This document shows, in pieces, positions 52,685 through 61,882 of a stretch of 64,000 bases of DNA (the first letter of the stretch is position 1; every line of letters starts with the position of its first letter). A model generated the notes under the pieces. That model saw nothing but the letters and a program-made list of their open reading frames with translations, did no database searches and was not told the origin of the DNA. The stretch comes from an uncultured Pelagibacteraceae bacterium (GTDB taxonomy: Bacteria; Pseudomonadota; Alphaproteobacteria; Pelagibacterales; Pelagibacteraceae). The position numbers and the translations under genes are program-made. The stretch spans positions 3,988 through 67,987 of the forward strand of contig CACEOF010000006.1 in assembly GCA_902561095.1 (NCBI GenBank). The letters are read 5' to 3'.

Positions 52685-52715
52685 AAAAAAAAAGGGGGCA
52701 TGGCCCCCTTTTTTT
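52685..52715 (-). terminator. Bidirectional terminator-like hairpin after tctC
   Basis: A-tract, GGGGGC-ATG-GCCCCC, T-tract. Confidence 0.78.
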
Positions 52716-52733
52716 AGTAATTGTATTAAACTT

Positions 52734-53795
52734 CTATTTCGTATCTTTCCAAGATTGTAAGAATTTTTCAGACTTACTATCTATAGAAGTAGCTTTTTTT
52801 AGTGCAGATTTTAAAGCTTTAGAACCAGTAACTTGATCATACTTACCAAGTTTTTTGTTTAAAACTTTCATAGCTGCAGGATCATTAACGATTGCTGCTG
52901 CTGCGTTCTGCCAAGCTTTAACAACATCTTTTTTAGCTGATTTTGGAAGCATCACATATTTTTGCGTAGCAAATCCAGCATAAAATAATGCAGTCCAAGA
53001 TTTAGCTTCTGTACCTTTAAATTTATTTCCTGTTACAGCTTCGTAAACTTCTGGAAATGCAGGTAGATCAGGAAAGTTTGGATCTCTAGAAACTTCACCA
53101 CCAGATGGAGCTCCCCAAGTCATAACCGCTACCATTTCTCCTTTTTCAACTAAAGGCTTAACATGTTTTAAATATGATGCCGTAGTTTGATAATCAATTG
53201 TTGTTTCACCTCTCAAGATAGCAGCTCTTCCAGCTTTTCTACCTTTCATTCCGTAAACAACATTCACAGGTAAGCCCAACATATCAAATGCTAAAATTGG
53301 AACAGCATCTAAAGAAGTTTTTCCTTGTGATCCATAAACAAGTTTTTGTCCTTTTAGTTTATTAAAGTCTTTAATTATATCGGTTACACCCATGTCTTTT
53401 CTGACATAAACAACTCCACCTGTTCCACTTGCAAAAATTGGAACCATATTTTTATATTGATATCTAACTCTTTCATCTTTAAAGATAAATGGCATTTGTA
53501 CAGAACCAGAAGTACCAAATACAACCATTCCATCTTTATCTTTTCCATGCTCAGCAAAATATTTATTTGATGCACCAATAGCTTTTCCATCAGTAACATT
53601 TTTTACAACTACTGTTGGATTACCTGGTAGGTTAGCACTAAACGCAGGCCCAATTGCTCTAGCCCAAGTATCTGATCCACCACCTGCTTTAAATGGTATC
53701 CACATGGTTACGGTTTTTCCAGAATAATCTACTGCTAATGCGGCAGTGACTGAAAATAATGAAGCAGCGATAACTGCTAGTATTTTTTTTAACAT
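52734..53795 (-). CDS. tctC: TTT substrate-binding protein (TctC/Bug family)
   Basis: Signal peptide, PFKAGGGSDTWAR, VV.N. Confidence 0.87.
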   Translation of the reverse strand: MLKKILAVIAASLFSVTAALAVDYSGKTVTMWIPFKAGGGSDTWARAIGPAFSANLPGNPTVVVKNVTDGKAIGASNKYFAEHGKDKDGMVVFGTSGSVQMPFIFKDERVRYQYKNMVPIFASGTGGVVYVRKDMGVTDIIKDFNKLKGQKLVYGSQGKTSLDAVPILAFDMLGLPVNVVYGMKGRKAGRAAILRGETTIDYQTTASYLKHVKPLVEKGEMVAVMTWGAPSGGEVSRDPNFPDLPAFPEVYEAVTGNKFKGTEAKSWTALFYAGFATQKYVMLPKSAKKDVVKAWQNAAAAIVNDPAAMKVLNKKLGKYDQVTGSKALKSALKKATSIDSKSEKFLQSWKDTK

Positions 53796-53948
53796 TTATT
53801 ATCCCCTGTTAGTGTTTTAAATTTTGAAAAAGTTAGATGTATTTTAAAGAAGTTTCAATAGTAATATTTACCTTGAATATTAAAACAATTGAAACTGCCT
53901 ATATATTTGAATGTACTTTGAGGGTTATTTGTATTAGAAAATTTTAAA

Positions 53949-55028
53949 ATGAGTGATCAAATTAAAATACCCTGCATGTTTATGAGGGGTGGTACTTCAA
54001 GAGGCCCTTATTTTTTAAAAACAGATTTACCTGAAAATATAACTGAAAGAGATAAAATTTTGTTAGCAGTAATGGGCTCTCCTGATGTTAGACAAATTGA
54101 TGGATTAGGAGGTGCAGAACCAGTCAAAAGTAAAGTAGCAATTATAGATAAATCAAAAGAGGATGGAATTGATGTTGATTATTATTTTGCTCAAGTAAAA
54201 ATTGATAAGCCAATTGTAGATACTAAACCTTCATGTGGAAATATTTTAGTTGGGGTTGGGCCTTATGCAATTGAGAAAGGTTTAGTTAATGCAAAAGATG
54301 GAGAAACCTCAGTCATAGTGAGAGATAAAAATACTGGCATGAAAGTAGAGCAAATAGTTAAAACACCTAATAAAATAGTACAGTATGAGGGTGATTGCTT
54401 TATAGATGGAGTTCCAACACCTGGTTCACCTATAAAATTAAAATTTTTAAATATTATTGGCTCACAAACAAAAAAATTATTTCCAACTGGTAATTCACTG
54501 GATCAAATTGATGGAATTAATTTTACTCTTATCGATTGTGCAGTTCCTATGGTTATCTTTAAAAGTTCTGAATTAGGATTAAAGGACAATGAAACTTTTG
54601 AGAAATTGAATGGTGATAAAAATCTTATAAATAAAATGGACTCTATAAGAATAAAGATTGCTAAAGAAGTTGGCTTAGGTGATGTAGCAAATTCTGTGAT
54701 CCCTAAAACTGCAATTGTAAATAACTCTAATTCAGCAGACATAAGCTCAAGATATTTTATGCCATGGAATTGTCATCCAGCTTACGCGGTGACAGGATCA
54801 ATGGCTTTATTAGCTGCGTGCAAATCAAAAAATACTGTTTGTTCAGAGTTTTATAGTAACTTTTCCGAAAGTGGCCCTTTTACACTTGAACACCCTTCTG
54901 GTTTATTAAAAATTGATTATGAGGTTAACTATAAAAATGAAATGATTGAAGACATAAAAGTTACTACAACAAGAAACGCAAGACTAATAATGTCTGGAAA
55001 TGTTTTTGTAAAAAAAAGTTTACTATAA
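53949..55028 (+). CDS. PrpF-family isomerase (4-oxalomesaconate tautomerase/aconitate isomerase-like)
   Basis: MRGGTSRG, RQIDGLGG, SKV, CGN, CH.A.AVTG, EHPSG. Confidence 0.87.
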   Translation: MSDQIKIPCMFMRGGTSRGPYFLKTDLPENITERDKILLAVMGSPDVRQIDGLGGAEPVKSKVAIIDKSKEDGIDVDYYFAQVKIDKPIVDTKPSCGNILVGVGPYAIEKGLVNAKDGETSVIVRDKNTGMKVEQIVKTPNKIVQYEGDCFIDGVPTPGSPIKLKFLNIIGSQTKKLFPTGNSLDQIDGINFTLIDCAVPMVIFKSSELGLKDNETFEKLNGDKNLINKMDSIRIKIAKEVGLGDVANSVIPKTAIVNNSNSADISSRYFMPWNCHPAYAVTGSMALLAACKSKNTVCSEFYSNFSESGPFTLEHPSGLLKIDYEVNYKNEMIEDIKVTTTRNARLIMSGNVFVKKSLL

Positions 55029-55037
55029 TATTTTAAC

Positions 55038-55985
55038 TTAATTTTCACTAAGAGATCTAATTAATCTTTCAAATACTTTTTCAGCAGATAATTTTGATAA
55101 ATCGCTTACTTGAATAGCTTTAAAATTTTCCCTCTCTATACTTACTTTATGTGCTGTTGTGTGTGCTCCAAATAAAGAAACTCCTTTTGATCCTAAATGA
55201 GCTGTCATGTGTGCAGGACCAGTATCATTTGCAACAACGAAAGAGCTATCTTTGATTAATGCTGCTAACTGGGAAATATTGAGAGCTTTACCATTATCTA
55301 AAATACAAAGTGCATTAATCCTTGGTGCTTCTTTAATTTCATTGGGCCCAGGTGCTATAACTACTTTAAATTTATTTTCTAATTTTTCATTAATCATAGA
55401 AATTAAATCATTGTAATAAGGCCATTTCTTTGAAATTAAATGAGGAGAGCAAAAAGGAAAAAGAGCTATATAATTATCAAGTTCATAATAATTCTTTATT
55501 TTAGAAATGTCAGTTATACTCCATGAAAAATCAGGTTTAGTTGTATTATAAGTATTAACTCCACTATTTTTAAGTTGATAGTCAAATCTTTCTAAAACAG
55601 AGTTTTTATCAAAATCCTGCTTGGTAGACTCTTTTGGTAAAGTAGTTTCAGTTGACGACCATATTTCCTTACCCGCTTTAGGAAATAGAATTTTTTTATA
55701 AAAAGAAGTTCTACTTGAATTTTGAAGATCAAAAACTTTGAAAAAACTATGTTTTTTAATTTCTTTCATTAATGAATATAAATAAATGAGATTTAATTTT
55801 GATAGTCTCTTATCTAAAATTACATTTGAAATATTGGGATTTTTTTTAAAAAGGTCATAATAGGGTTTTGTTGTTAACAAGTGAATTTGATCATTTGGAT
55901 GATTTTCAGAAATATCTTGAATTGCTCCACAAGCTTGAGCTATATCTCCCAAAGAGCCGTGTTTAATAATCAAAATATTAGACAT
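55038..55985 (-). CDS. GT9 LPS heptosyltransferase-family glycosyltransferase
   Basis: SLGD, DLQ, KKWP, NDTGPAH. Confidence 0.88.
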   Translation of the reverse strand: MSNILIIKHGSLGDIAQACGAIQDISENHPNDQIHLLTTKPYYDLFKKNPNISNVILDKRLSKLNLIYLYSLMKEIKKHSFFKVFDLQNSSRTSFYKKILFPKAGKEIWSSTETTLPKESTKQDFDKNSVLERFDYQLKNSGVNTYNTTKPDFSWSITDISKIKNYYELDNYIALFPFCSPHLISKKWPYYNDLISMINEKLENKFKVVIAPGPNEIKEAPRINALCILDNGKALNISQLAALIKDSSFVVANDTGPAHMTAHLGSKGVSLFGAHTTAHKVSIERENFKAIQVSDLSKLSAEKVFERLIRSLSEN

Positions 55986-56017
55986 ATTTAAAACAACTTA
56001 ACATAGTATATTTATTT

Positions 56018-56407
56018 ATGAATAAAATTCTGATTGAAGTATCTGTTGGTGAGCTGTTAGATAAAATTTCAATTTTAGAAATCAAAAAAGATAAAATTAA
56101 AGATCTTGAAAAACTTAAATTTATCAGAGAAGAGTGTTCAATTCTTAATGATAAATTAAATAAAAATATTAAATCTGATGAAAAAATAAGTAATCTTTTT
56201 TCTTCATTAAAAGAAATTAATGCAAAACTTTGGGTGATTGAAGATGAAAAAAGACAATGTGAAAAAGATCAAAATTTCACAGATAAATTTATTAAACTTT
56301 CAAGGGATGTTCATTTTTTAAACGATGAAAGAGCAAAAATTAAGCTGGAGATAAATAATTATACCGGTTCAAAAGTAAAAGAAATTAAAGAATATACTAA
56401 GTATTAA
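56018..56407 (+). CDS. DUF6165-like hypothetical protein
   Basis: VSVGELLDKISILEIK, LW.IED..R, ND.RA..K..IN, E.K.Y. Confidence 0.75.
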   Translation: MNKILIEVSVGELLDKISILEIKKDKIKDLEKLKFIREECSILNDKLNKNIKSDEKISNLFSSLKEINAKLWVIEDEKRQCEKDQNFTDKFIKLSRDVHFLNDERAKIKLEINNYTGSKVKEIKEYTKY

Positions 56408-57074
56408 ACGAATATTTTTTTTCTAAGAACTTAATTACATTATAGATAATAAAAGTCATAAATAAGTATATTCCACCTGCAACAATAAACACTTCAATTG
56501 GCTTAAATGTTGTTGATATAATATATTTAGCAACACCCGTTAAATCCATTAAGGTAACAGTGCTTGCTAGAGAGGTTCCTTTCATCATTAATATAATTTC
56601 ATTTCCATAAGCTGGAAGAGATTGTCTAATAGCAATTGGAATTTGTATTTTATAAAAAATAATTTTATTTGGAATTCCTAGGCTTTTACCAGCTTCAATC
56701 ATTCCTGGCTTTATCGTCTGAAATGCTGATCTTAATATTTCTGATGTATAGGCGCCTGTATTTAAAGTAAAAGCTATAATTGCACACCAATAGGGCTCTT
56801 TTAAAATAACCCATAAAAATGTTGACCTTAAATATTCAATTTGTCCTAATCCAAAATAAATTATGAAAATTTGAACTAGTAAAGGAGTTCCTCTAAACAA
56901 ATAAGAATATCCATAAGCAAATTTATTTATAAAAATATTTTTATTTATTCTTAATATTGCGAACAAAAATCCAACAATTAATCCAAAGAATAACGATACT
57001 GATAACAATTTTAAAGTTACAACTGATGCTCCTAAAAGTTTAGGTAAACTTGAGAACATTAGATCAAAATCCAT
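56397..57074 (-). CDS. Polar amino acid ABC permease (HisM/OccM-like)
   Basis: FRGTPLLVQ, AY..EILR, EAG..LG, KGTSLAS. Confidence 0.9.
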   Translation of the reverse strand: MDFDLMFSSLPKLLGASVVTLKLLSVSLFFGLIVGFLFAILRINKNIFINKFAYGYSYLFRGTPLLVQIFIIYFGLGQIEYLRSTFLWVILKEPYWCAIIAFTLNTGAYTSEILRSAFQTIKPGMIEAGKSLGIPNKIIFYKIQIPIAIRQSLPAYGNEIILMMKGTSLASTVTLMDLTGVAKYIISTTFKPIEVFIVAGGIYLFMTFIIYNVIKFLEKKYSFNT

Positions 57075-57766
57075 CAATACCCTCTGCTATATTTAGTCTC
57101 TAATCTATTAATAATTTTCATACTTAGATATGTAAGCATCAGATATAAAACTGCAGCAAAACTATAAAAGAGTAAAGGATCCCTTGTAGACCCTGCAGCA
57201 ATGTAAGACTGTCTCATAATTTCAACAAGTCCAGTTACAGAAATCAATGAAGTATCTTTTAAAGTAATTTGCCAAACATTACTTAAGTTAGGAATAGCCA
57301 TTCTTAACATTTGAGGTAAAATTATTTTATAAAACTGAGTAAATTTATTTATCCCCAAAACTTTTGCAGCCTCAAACTGGCCTTTATCAATAGACTGAAT
57401 TGCACCTCTAAAAACTTCTGTGGAATATGCACCTGAAATAATTCCAATTGCAATTGATCCAGTAATGAATGCATTGATTTCAATATATTCATAATATCCA
57501 AAAATAGATGCCACATACATTATCGCTCCACTTCCACCAAAAAAGAAAAGGTAAATTACTAAAAGTTCAGGTACACCCCGAATGACAGTTGTGTAAAAGT
57601 TTCCAATTAGATTAAATAATTTGTATTTAGATAGCTTTAGGGGTGTAAAGATTAATGCAAAAAAAAATCCGATAAGCATTGCTGTAACAGAAACAGCAAT
57701 AGTCATTAGGGTTGCATAAAAAAGCTCATCACCCCAACCAGTTTTACCAAATACGAGAAGTTCCAT
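57074..57766 (-). CDS. Polar amino acid ABC permease (HisQ/OccQ-like)
   Basis: RGVPEL, GQFEAA, LKDTSL. Confidence 0.9.
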   Translation of the reverse strand: MELLVFGKTGWGDELFYATLMTIAVSVTAMLIGFFFALIFTPLKLSKYKLFNLIGNFYTTVIRGVPELLVIYLFFFGGSGAIMYVASIFGYYEYIEINAFITGSIAIGIISGAYSTEVFRGAIQSIDKGQFEAAKVLGINKFTQFYKIILPQMLRMAIPNLSNVWQITLKDTSLISVTGLVEIMRQSYIAAGSTRDPLLFYSFAAVLYLMLTYLSMKIINRLETKYSRGY

Positions 57767-57773
57767 ATAGATC

Positions 57774-57796
57774 GGCGACTATATATTATAGTCGCC
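57774..57796 (-). other. Perfect 10-bp hairpin between SBP and permease
   Basis: GGCGACTATA-TAT-TATAGTCGCC, 7 nt before ATG 57766. Confidence 0.65.
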
Positions 57797-57810
57797 AAAT
57801 CTTAAATTAA

Positions 57811-58662
57811 TTACATAGATGCATCGAAACCAAAGTGTTTAATAGCAAGTTTGCTAATTATTCCTTTTTTTCTAGCAGTATTAATTGCTTTATTGAAATC
57901 TTTTAGAAGTTTTGCATCTCTTTTTCCGATCGCATCATCTCCACTTTGTCTAATTCCAACACCAACACCATTACCAAATGCTCCACCTGAGAAAGTTGGT
58001 CCAACTAGAGTAACTGCTTTGCCTGATTTATCAGCATAGTCTGTAAACGCTACTGCTGCAGCTAAAGCAACGTCACATCTACCAGAAGTTAAATCAAGAT
58101 TAACTTCATCTTGTGTTTTATAAGTTCTAACATTTATATTTCCTACATCACCTGACTCTAAAAAGTTTTGATGAATTGTTCCAGTTTGAGTACAAACTGT
58201 TTTACCAGCAAGTGCACCTGTTAAAGTTTTAAGAGCTTTTTTAACATCAGATCCACCTAAAGATAAGTTTATACCTTCTGGAGTATCCATGCCCACTAGG
58301 TTTGAACCCTTCATTACTGCAAGAGAAGCAACTTCGTCTGCATAACCTTGAGAAAAAGTAATTGTTTTTTGTCTTTCTGCAGTAATAGACATTCCAGCCA
58401 TGATCGCATCAAACTTTCTCATAAGTAAAGCTGGAATCATTCCATCCCAATCTTGTTCAACAATTGTACATTCGTGTTTCATAATTGCACATAATTCTTG
58501 AGCAAGCTCAACTTCGAAACCAATAAGATTACCTGAAGCATCTTTTGAATTCCATGGAGGGTAAGCTCCTTCAGTTCCTATTTTAATTTTGTCAGCGTAA
58601 ACATTTCCGATAACAAAAAGAGAAGCAAGAACTGTTAAAATAGTCTTTTTAAATATATCCAT
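57811..58662 (-). CDS. Polar amino acid (Arg/Lys/Orn/opine-type) ABC substrate-binding protein
   Basis: TEGAYPPWN, WDGMIPAL, MSIT.ER; GGAG SD. Confidence 0.9.
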   Translation of the reverse strand: MDIFKKTILTVLASLFVIGNVYADKIKIGTEGAYPPWNSKDASGNLIGFEVELAQELCAIMKHECTIVEQDWDGMIPALLMRKFDAIMAGMSITAERQKTITFSQGYADEVASLAVMKGSNLVGMDTPEGINLSLGGSDVKKALKTLTGALAGKTVCTQTGTIHQNFLESGDVGNINVRTYKTQDEVNLDLTSGRCDVALAAAVAFTDYADKSGKAVTLVGPTFSGGAFGNGVGVGIRQSGDDAIGKRDAKLLKDFNKAINTARKKGIISKLAIKHFGFDASM

Positions 58663-58721
58663 TATTTTCTCCTTAATTAGAAAATAATTATTTCACAAAT
58701 TTTAATAATTAAAAAGAAAAA

Positions 58722-59762
58722 TCAATGATTTATTGAAGAAGAGAAATTCCAAGAACAATCAAAACTGGGTATGTAAACTCTTGATAATTTAGTGTTTCCA
58801 AAATTTTGATTAAAAACATTCAGCCAATTTTCAACCTGTTGTGGTTTTTTATCTTGGCTACCAACTTGTGCAGTGATAACTCCTTTTGGTTTTAAAATTC
58901 GAACTAACGAGTCCATATTCTTTGATGCTAAATCAATACAGAATTGATCATCATTTAAATCAACATAAATATGATCGTAAGTATCATCACTAACAGACTT
59001 GATACTCTCAAAAGCATCTCCCCAAACACACTTAACAGAATTTTTTTCAGTTGCTTTTTTTCCTATATCTCCAAGATGTTTATTACATACATCAACAACC
59101 TCTGGATCTAATTCGTACCAATCAATAAAATTAAAATTTTTTGATATGCATTCTCTCGCAACCCCTCCATCGCCTCCACCGATAATGGCTGCTCTCTCTT
59201 TATCTTTATTTAGACTTAAACCCGCACCTACAAAAGTTGAGCTATACAAATGTTCATCTGTAGCTGCTACTTGAATTTCGCCATCAATAAAAAGAGATTT
59301 TCCAAATTGCTCCAATTCTAGAATTTCAATATGTTGGCCTACTTTTGATTTAAAGTCTTCTAGCACATTGTTTACTACATATGATTTTTGTAGACCTGGT
59401 GAGCTGTAAATATCAGGATAAAGTGATTTTGTGTCTCTATTGAATTCTTTTTTAACAATTCTTGTATGATGAAATTCTTTTTTAATTATATCAATTGCAA
59501 CTGATGGACTTACTTTCCCACAAGTAAAAAAATCAAAACTAATAATTCCTTTTTCAGGAAATGTATGAAAGCTGATATGACTTTCTGCTAAAAGAGCCAA
59601 TATTGTGAAACCTTGTGGTTCAAATTTATATTTAGAAATATTTAAAATTGTAACATTCGCAGCTTTTGCAATTTCATGAATTACTCTTTCAAATACAGAA
59701 GAATCATATTCTTTGATAGTCCCGACTATATCTAAAGTTATATGTTCACCTACTTTTATCAT
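58722..59762 (-). CDS. Fusion of pyruvoyl SAM decarboxylase-like domain (SpeD) and aminopropyltransferase (SpeE)
   Basis: N-terminal FEPQG, LAESHISFHTFPE, FTCG. C-terminal FG..LFIDG.IQ, IGGGDGG, ELD, D-x-x-D (DLND). Confidence 0.88.
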   Translation of the reverse strand: MIKVGEHITLDIVGTIKEYDSSVFERVIHEIAKAANVTILNISKYKFEPQGFTILALLAESHISFHTFPEKGIISFDFFTCGKVSPSVAIDIIKKEFHHTRIVKKEFNRDTKSLYPDIYSSPGLQKSYVVNNVLEDFKSKVGQHIEILELEQFGKSLFIDGEIQVAATDEHLYSSTFVGAGLSLNKDKERAAIIGGGDGGVARECISKNFNFIDWYELDPEVVDVCNKHLGDIGKKATEKNSVKCVWGDAFESIKSVSDDTYDHIYVDLNDDQFCIDLASKNMDSLVRILKPKGVITAQVGSQDKKPQQVENWLNVFNQNFGNTKLSRVYIPSFDCSWNFSSSINH

Positions 59763-59847
59763 TTTAATAATAATTGAAACTTACTAGTGTTATTTTTTGC
59801 TTCTTTCAATCAAAAAACTATTATAATACTTCGCATAGGTTGAAACT

Positions 59848-61881
59848 GTGAAAAACAATTGGTCAAATTCAGAAGCACAAAAATATATTAAAAAGTATAA
59901 GAAACTTGGTCATTCTAAAGATATGGCGCTTAGAGTTTATACTACAAGATTATTAGGAAGAAATAGCGAGTTGGTTCTACACGGAGGTGGTAATACATCT
60001 GTAAAAACTTCAATTAAAGACATTGATGGTAAAAATTATAATGTACTTTGTGTAAAAGGAAGTGGTTGGGATATGGCTGAAATAGAGCCTGCAGGATTAC
60101 CAGCTGTAAAACTAAATCCACTATTGGCGCTTAAAAATAAAAAATATTTAAGCGATGAAGATATGGTTGCATATCAAAAAAGAAATTTAATAGATATCAA
60201 ATCTCCAAACCCTTCGGTTGAAACTTTTTTACATGCATTTCTACCTTTTAAGTTTGTAGATCATACTCACTCTGATGCAATATTGGATATAACTAATAGA
60301 TCAAATGGAAAAGAACTTAGTAAGAAAATTTTTGGACCAAAAGTTAGTATAGTGCCTTATGTAATGCCAGGATTTGGTCTGTCGCAAAAAATAAATGAAG
60401 TCTATAAAAAAAATCCAAACATTAATTGCTTAATTTTATTAAACCATGGAATATTTACATTTGATGATGATGCAAAAAAATCATATGACTTGATGATTAA
60501 ATATGTATCGATAGCTGAAAAAACAATAAAAAAATTAAAGAGAAAAAAAATAAAACAAATTAAGAATTATAATTTTAAATTCAAGCCTCATGAAATTGCT
60601 CCAATTTTAAGAGGATTATTATCAGAAAATAAAGATCAAAAATTTATCTTAAATTATAGAACAAATAAAAATCTAAATTATTTTATTAATGGTCAAGATG
60701 TCAAAAGATATTCTGGTATTGGAACAGCAACTCCTGACCATGTTATTAGAGTAAAACCATTCCCGCTAGTTATTAGCCCAAAAGAAAATTCTTCAATTGA
60801 AGATTTTAAAAAACTAGCTGAGAAAAATTTTAATGAATACAGAAAAAAGTATGTGAGATATTTCAATACCAATAAGAAAAAAGTTAAAGGTAATAAAACT
60901 ATGCTGGATACCTCGCCTAGGGTAATTTTGGTCCAAAATGTTGGTTTGTTTAGCGTAGGAGATAGTCTTAAGGCATCTAAAATAGCTGGGGATTTAACTG
61001 AAACAAATGCAAGAGTGATTTCATCTGTTGAAGAAACTACAAAATACAAGTTTATTCCAGAAAAAGATTTATTTGATGTTGAATATTGGTCCTTAGAACA
61101 AGCAAAGATAAAAAAAGCTAAGAAAATTCTTCAAGGAAACGTTGTTGTAATTACTGGAGGATTTGGTGCAATTGGTACTGCAACATTTAAACTTTTTAAA
61201 AGTTATGGCGCTGAAGTTGTTATATTAGATTATGACGCAAAAAAAGTTACAGAAATGAAAAGTAAAATTTCAGATCTTTGTTTACATTGTGATGTACGAA
61301 ATAAAAATAGTGTTAAAGCTGCTTTTAAAAAAATAAACGAGATATATGGGGGTGTTGATATTCTAATTTCCAATGCTGGAACTGCAATTGGTGGATCGAT
61401 TGCTGAAGTAGATGATAAAATTTTAAGAGAAAGTTTTGAAGATAATTTCTTCTCTCACCAAAATTGTGCATCCGAAACGATTAAAATTATGAAAAAGCAA
61501 AATATTCAAGGATGCTTATTATTTAATATTTCAAAACAATCAGTCAATCCTGGAAAAAACTTTGGTCCTTATGGTCTTCCAAAAACTGCTTTATTAAGTT
61601 TATGCAAACAATATGCAGTAGATTATGGTTCTATAGGAATAAGATCTAATGGTGTTAATGCCGATAGAATTAGAAGCGGCCTGCTTAATCATGGAATGAT
61701 TAAATCTCGTGCAAAAGCTAGAGAAGTATCTACAGATGAATATATGAGAGGAAACTTGCTTTTAAATGAAGTAAAGGCTGAAGATGTTGCTAAAGCATTT
61801 TTTCATTTAGCAGTTTCAAAAAAAACTACTGGTGCAGTTTTGACTGTAGATGGTGGTAATATTGCAGCTTCTCTTAGATAA
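59848..61881 (+). CDS. Bifunctional class II aldolase / short-chain dehydrogenase
   Basis: GGGNTS, PSVE..LH, HTH, NHG; SDR motifs TGGFGAIG, NAG, YGLPK, VDGG. GTG start. Confidence 0.88.
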   Translation: MKNNWSNSEAQKYIKKYKKLGHSKDMALRVYTTRLLGRNSELVLHGGGNTSVKTSIKDIDGKNYNVLCVKGSGWDMAEIEPAGLPAVKLNPLLALKNKKYLSDEDMVAYQKRNLIDIKSPNPSVETFLHAFLPFKFVDHTHSDAILDITNRSNGKELSKKIFGPKVSIVPYVMPGFGLSQKINEVYKKNPNINCLILLNHGIFTFDDDAKKSYDLMIKYVSIAEKTIKKLKRKKIKQIKNYNFKFKPHEIAPILRGLLSENKDQKFILNYRTNKNLNYFINGQDVKRYSGIGTATPDHVIRVKPFPLVISPKENSSIEDFKKLAEKNFNEYRKKYVRYFNTNKKKVKGNKTMLDTSPRVILVQNVGLFSVGDSLKASKIAGDLTETNARVISSVEETTKYKFIPEKDLFDVEYWSLEQAKIKKAKKILQGNVVVITGGFGAIGTATFKLFKSYGAEVVILDYDAKKVTEMKSKISDLCLHCDVRNKNSVKAAFKKINEIYGGVDILISNAGTAIGGSIAEVDDKILRESFEDNFFSHQNCASETIKIMKKQNIQGCLLFNISKQSVNPGKNFGPYGLPKTALLSLCKQYAVDYGSIGIRSNGVNADRIRSGLLNHGMIKSRAKAREVSTDEYMRGNLLLNEVKAEDVAKAFFHLAVSKKTTGAVLTVDGGNIAASLR

Positions 61882-61882
61882 T

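Noticed and set aside
53851-53896. Imperfect inverted repeat AGTTTCAAT...ATTGAAACT between tctC and the PrpF-family gene
   Set aside because: It is AT-rich and largely explained by back-to-back TTGAAA -35 hexamers (minus strand TTGAAA-N17-TAACTT for tctC). An operator role cannot be supported.
59763-59847. SAM-II/SAM-V riboswitch ahead of the speD-speE or aldolase genes
   Set aside because: I could not see the conserved core or pseudoknot pairing; the spacer looks like two promoters only.
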